Part shown: in pieces, positions 62,427-64,000 of the stretch
Position numbering within the stretch: position 1 is the stretch's first letter
How the letters are laid out: each line of letters starts with the position of its first letter
NCBI GenBank assembly: GCA_965221165.1
Contig: CBDCRP010000003.1
Coordinates: forward strand, 1,536,064-1,600,063
Direction: 5' to 3'
DNA: 64,000 nt
From: a bacterium
GTDB taxonomy: Bacteria; UBA8248
Notes under the pieces: generated by a model
Database searches by the model: none
The model's input: the letters and a program-made list of their open reading frames with translations, nothing else
What the model was told of the DNA's origin: nothing
Translations under genes and position numbers: made by a program

Positions 62427-63662
62427 ATGTATCTGAACACCGAGCGCGCGCGCGGGCTGATGGCCGATTTCGGCTTCGACGCCATCATCGCCTCCACGCC
62501 CGAGAACGTCACCTATCTTGCGGGCACCGTGGGCTGGTCGAACAAGGTGTATGCCTATTCCGTCCACATGTTCGCCGTCTTCGCGCGCGACGAAGGCACG
62601 GCCCCCGCCATCATCGTGCCGGGCCAGGAGGTCACCTACGTCTCGGCCCAGCAGTCCTGGATCAAGGACCTCTATACCTTCGGCGGCAAGAGCGCGCTCA
62701 TCCAGCCGGCGGGAGCGCAAGCCCAAACGCCGGAAGAAGAAACCTACCTCGGCATGTACAACGACGACGCCAAACGGGGCAAGAACCCCGGCGCGGCCCT
62801 TGCTCTCGCCCTCAAGGAACGCGGCCTCGCGAAGGCGCGCTTGGCGCTCGATCAGGAGCGCGTGATGCCGAACGTGCGCGCCCAGATAGAAGCGGCCCTG
62901 CCCGATGCTGAAATCGTCGACGCGGCGGATTTCTTCCGCCTCATCCGGATGGTCAAGACGCCCGATGAGATAGCCGCGCTCGCCGCCGCCGCCCAAGTGA
63001 ACGAGAAGGCGGGAATCGCCGCATCGAACGCTGTGGCCGAAGGGGCGACCGAACGCGAGGTGGCGTCGGTCTTCGCGGCGGAGGTGGGGCGCATGGGCGG
63101 CAAATGGCAGTGGTTCCACTTCTGCTCGGGCCGCCGGGCGACGGGCATCTTCCCGCCGACGGACAAGAAGATCGCCAAGGGTGAGATGTGGAAGTTCGAC
63201 GCAGGCCTCGTTCTGGGCAACTACCAGGGGGACACCGGCTGGGGCGGAGTGCTGGGCGAGCCGAACCAGGCGCAACTCGACCTGTGGAAAGCGACGGAAG
63301 AGGGCTTCGAGGCCGCGATGGCGAAAGTAAAGGCCGGCGTACTCGGCTCCACCATTTTCAGGACCATGCTCGATGCCACGCGCGCGGCGGGGTTCCCCGA
63401 GCACAACGGCAACTTCGCCGGCCACGCCATAGGGCTGGAGCAGCGCGAAGTGCCCTACGTTCTCGCGGACCCAGCACCTCAGGGCAGCCCCTTCCTGCCG
63501 GATTCGAGCGATTTCCCGCTCGAGGCGGGCACGACGATATGCGTGGAAAACCCCTGCCAGATCTTCGGCATGGGGGGAACCCAGATAGAAAAAACCGTCG
63601 TGGTCACCGAAACGGGGTATGAGTTCATCTACCCGCAGGAGAGAAAACTCTGGGTCGTCTAG
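62427..63662 (+). CDS. M24-family metallopeptidase (creatinase/Xaa-Pro aminopeptidase-like)
   Basis: DAIIASTPENVTYLAG, VKTPDEIAALAAAAQVNEKA and later HAIGLEQREVP. The architecture is that of a paralogue of the gene at 1..821. Confidence 0.8.
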   Translation: MYLNTERARGLMADFGFDAIIASTPENVTYLAGTVGWSNKVYAYSVHMFAVFARDEGTAPAIIVPGQEVTYVSAQQSWIKDLYTFGGKSALIQPAGAQAQTPEEETYLGMYNDDAKRGKNPGAALALALKERGLAKARLALDQERVMPNVRAQIEAALPDAEIVDAADFFRLIRMVKTPDEIAALAAAAQVNEKAGIAASNAVAEGATEREVASVFAAEVGRMGGKWQWFHFCSGRRATGIFPPTDKKIAKGEMWKFDAGLVLGNYQGDTGWGGVLGEPNQAQLDLWKATEEGFEAAMAKVKAGVLGSTIFRTMLDATRAAGFPEHNGNFAGHAIGLEQREVPYVLADPAPQGSPFLPDSSDFPLEAGTTICVENPCQIFGMGGTQIEKTVVVTETGYEFIYPQERKLWVV

Positions 63663-63704
63663 GCGATCCGGGCCTATAGATTACCAACCAGTGAAGGACA
63701 GCCC

Positions 63705-64000
63705 ATGTGCGCGACGCGATTCATCGACCTGAGCACCCCCATCATGAACGGCTCGAACGAGCCGCGCCCGCCCGAGGTCACCTATCTCGACCATGAAGAG
63801 TTCGGCGCGCGCTCGGCCAAGACCTGGGACATCCCGATAGAGGAGCTGCACGACGGCGTGGGCGGGGCGGCGGAGTTCGTCACCGTATCCACCCATTCGG
63901 CCACCCACATGGACGCCCCCTGGCACTACGGCCCCACCGTGGCGGGCGAACCTTCGCGGAAAATCGACAAGGTGCCGCTCGAGTGGTGCTACGGCGACGG
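63705..64000 (+). CDS. Cyclase-family protein (kynurenine-formamidase-like), 3' end cut by window edge
   Basis: Own translation from ATG 63705 (GAAGGA upstream): MCATRFIDLSTPIMNGS...VSTHSATHMDAPWHY, which contains the HxxTHxDAPxH motif. Confidence 0.7.
   Translation, partial: MCATRFIDLSTPIMNGSNEPRPPEVTYLDHEEFGARSAKTWDIPIEELHDGVGGAAEFVTVSTHSATHMDAPWHYGPTVAGEPSRKIDKVPLEWCYGD

Noticed and set aside
1-64000. Integrase, transposase, RAYT, Tns or Cas genes that would explain the repeats and islets
   Set aside because: I found none by motif reading of any ORF in the track. The mobile-looking features are therefore annotated only as relics or non-autonomous elements. Absence by eye is weak evidence.

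Overview
The window is a GC-rich bacterial chromosome segment (sampled lines are low to mid 60s % GC). It is interrupted by several AT-richer islets and shows an unusual number of rearrangement scars. I could not run any similarity search. All product calls come from reading the translations for family motifs, so gene symbols are given only where the motifs are diagnostic.

Backbone genes:
- An amino-sugar operon: xylose-isomerase-like TIM barrel, AmgK-like kinase, two GNATs, an MshA-like GT4, a PIG-L deacetylase and NagZ.
- ychF, ppk2 and arfB.
- A hydantoinase/oxoprolinase A+B pair.
- ino1.
- An Hcm-type split B12 acyl-CoA mutase operon.
- selA/selB.
- A Cu/heme block: cupredoxin-like protein, cytochrome c, HemQ/Cld-like protein and SCO1.
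- SulP and MFS transporters, a TauD-family dioxygenase and M24 peptidases.

I recognised no rRNA, tRNA, CRISPR array, integrase or transposase.

Most interesting locus: a ~4.1 kb low-GC islet at 37335-41457. It carries one tightly coupled four-gene minus-strand operon behind a near-consensus sigma70 promoter. The genes are an unknown 185-aa protein, a QueC-like PP-loop enzyme, an XRE-HTH/ImmA-IrrE metalloprotease fusion and a PIN nuclease. It looks like a defence or abortive-infection module that matches no described system I know.

Other notable structure:
- Two ~160-bp inverted repeats with 10-11 bp phased TGAAAA arrays bracket the 12.8 kb sel/Cu-heme block.
- A perfect 1,461-bp direct repeat duplicates the 3' third of hyuB around an ino1 + methyltransferase insert.
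- Small TGT...ACA inverted-repeat elements that resemble Tn7-type ends sit exactly at rearrangement junctions.
- A diverged ~415-bp arfB direct repeat brackets ~15 kb.
- A REP family with a GTAGGG head has covarying stems.
- A ~200-nt multi-hairpin element shows compensatory changes.
- A DUF35 OB-fold protein is fused to a histone-H1-like tail.
- Many gene remnants are present: AGCS symporter, SDR, SixA-like, GntR, arfB', PAT and higB.
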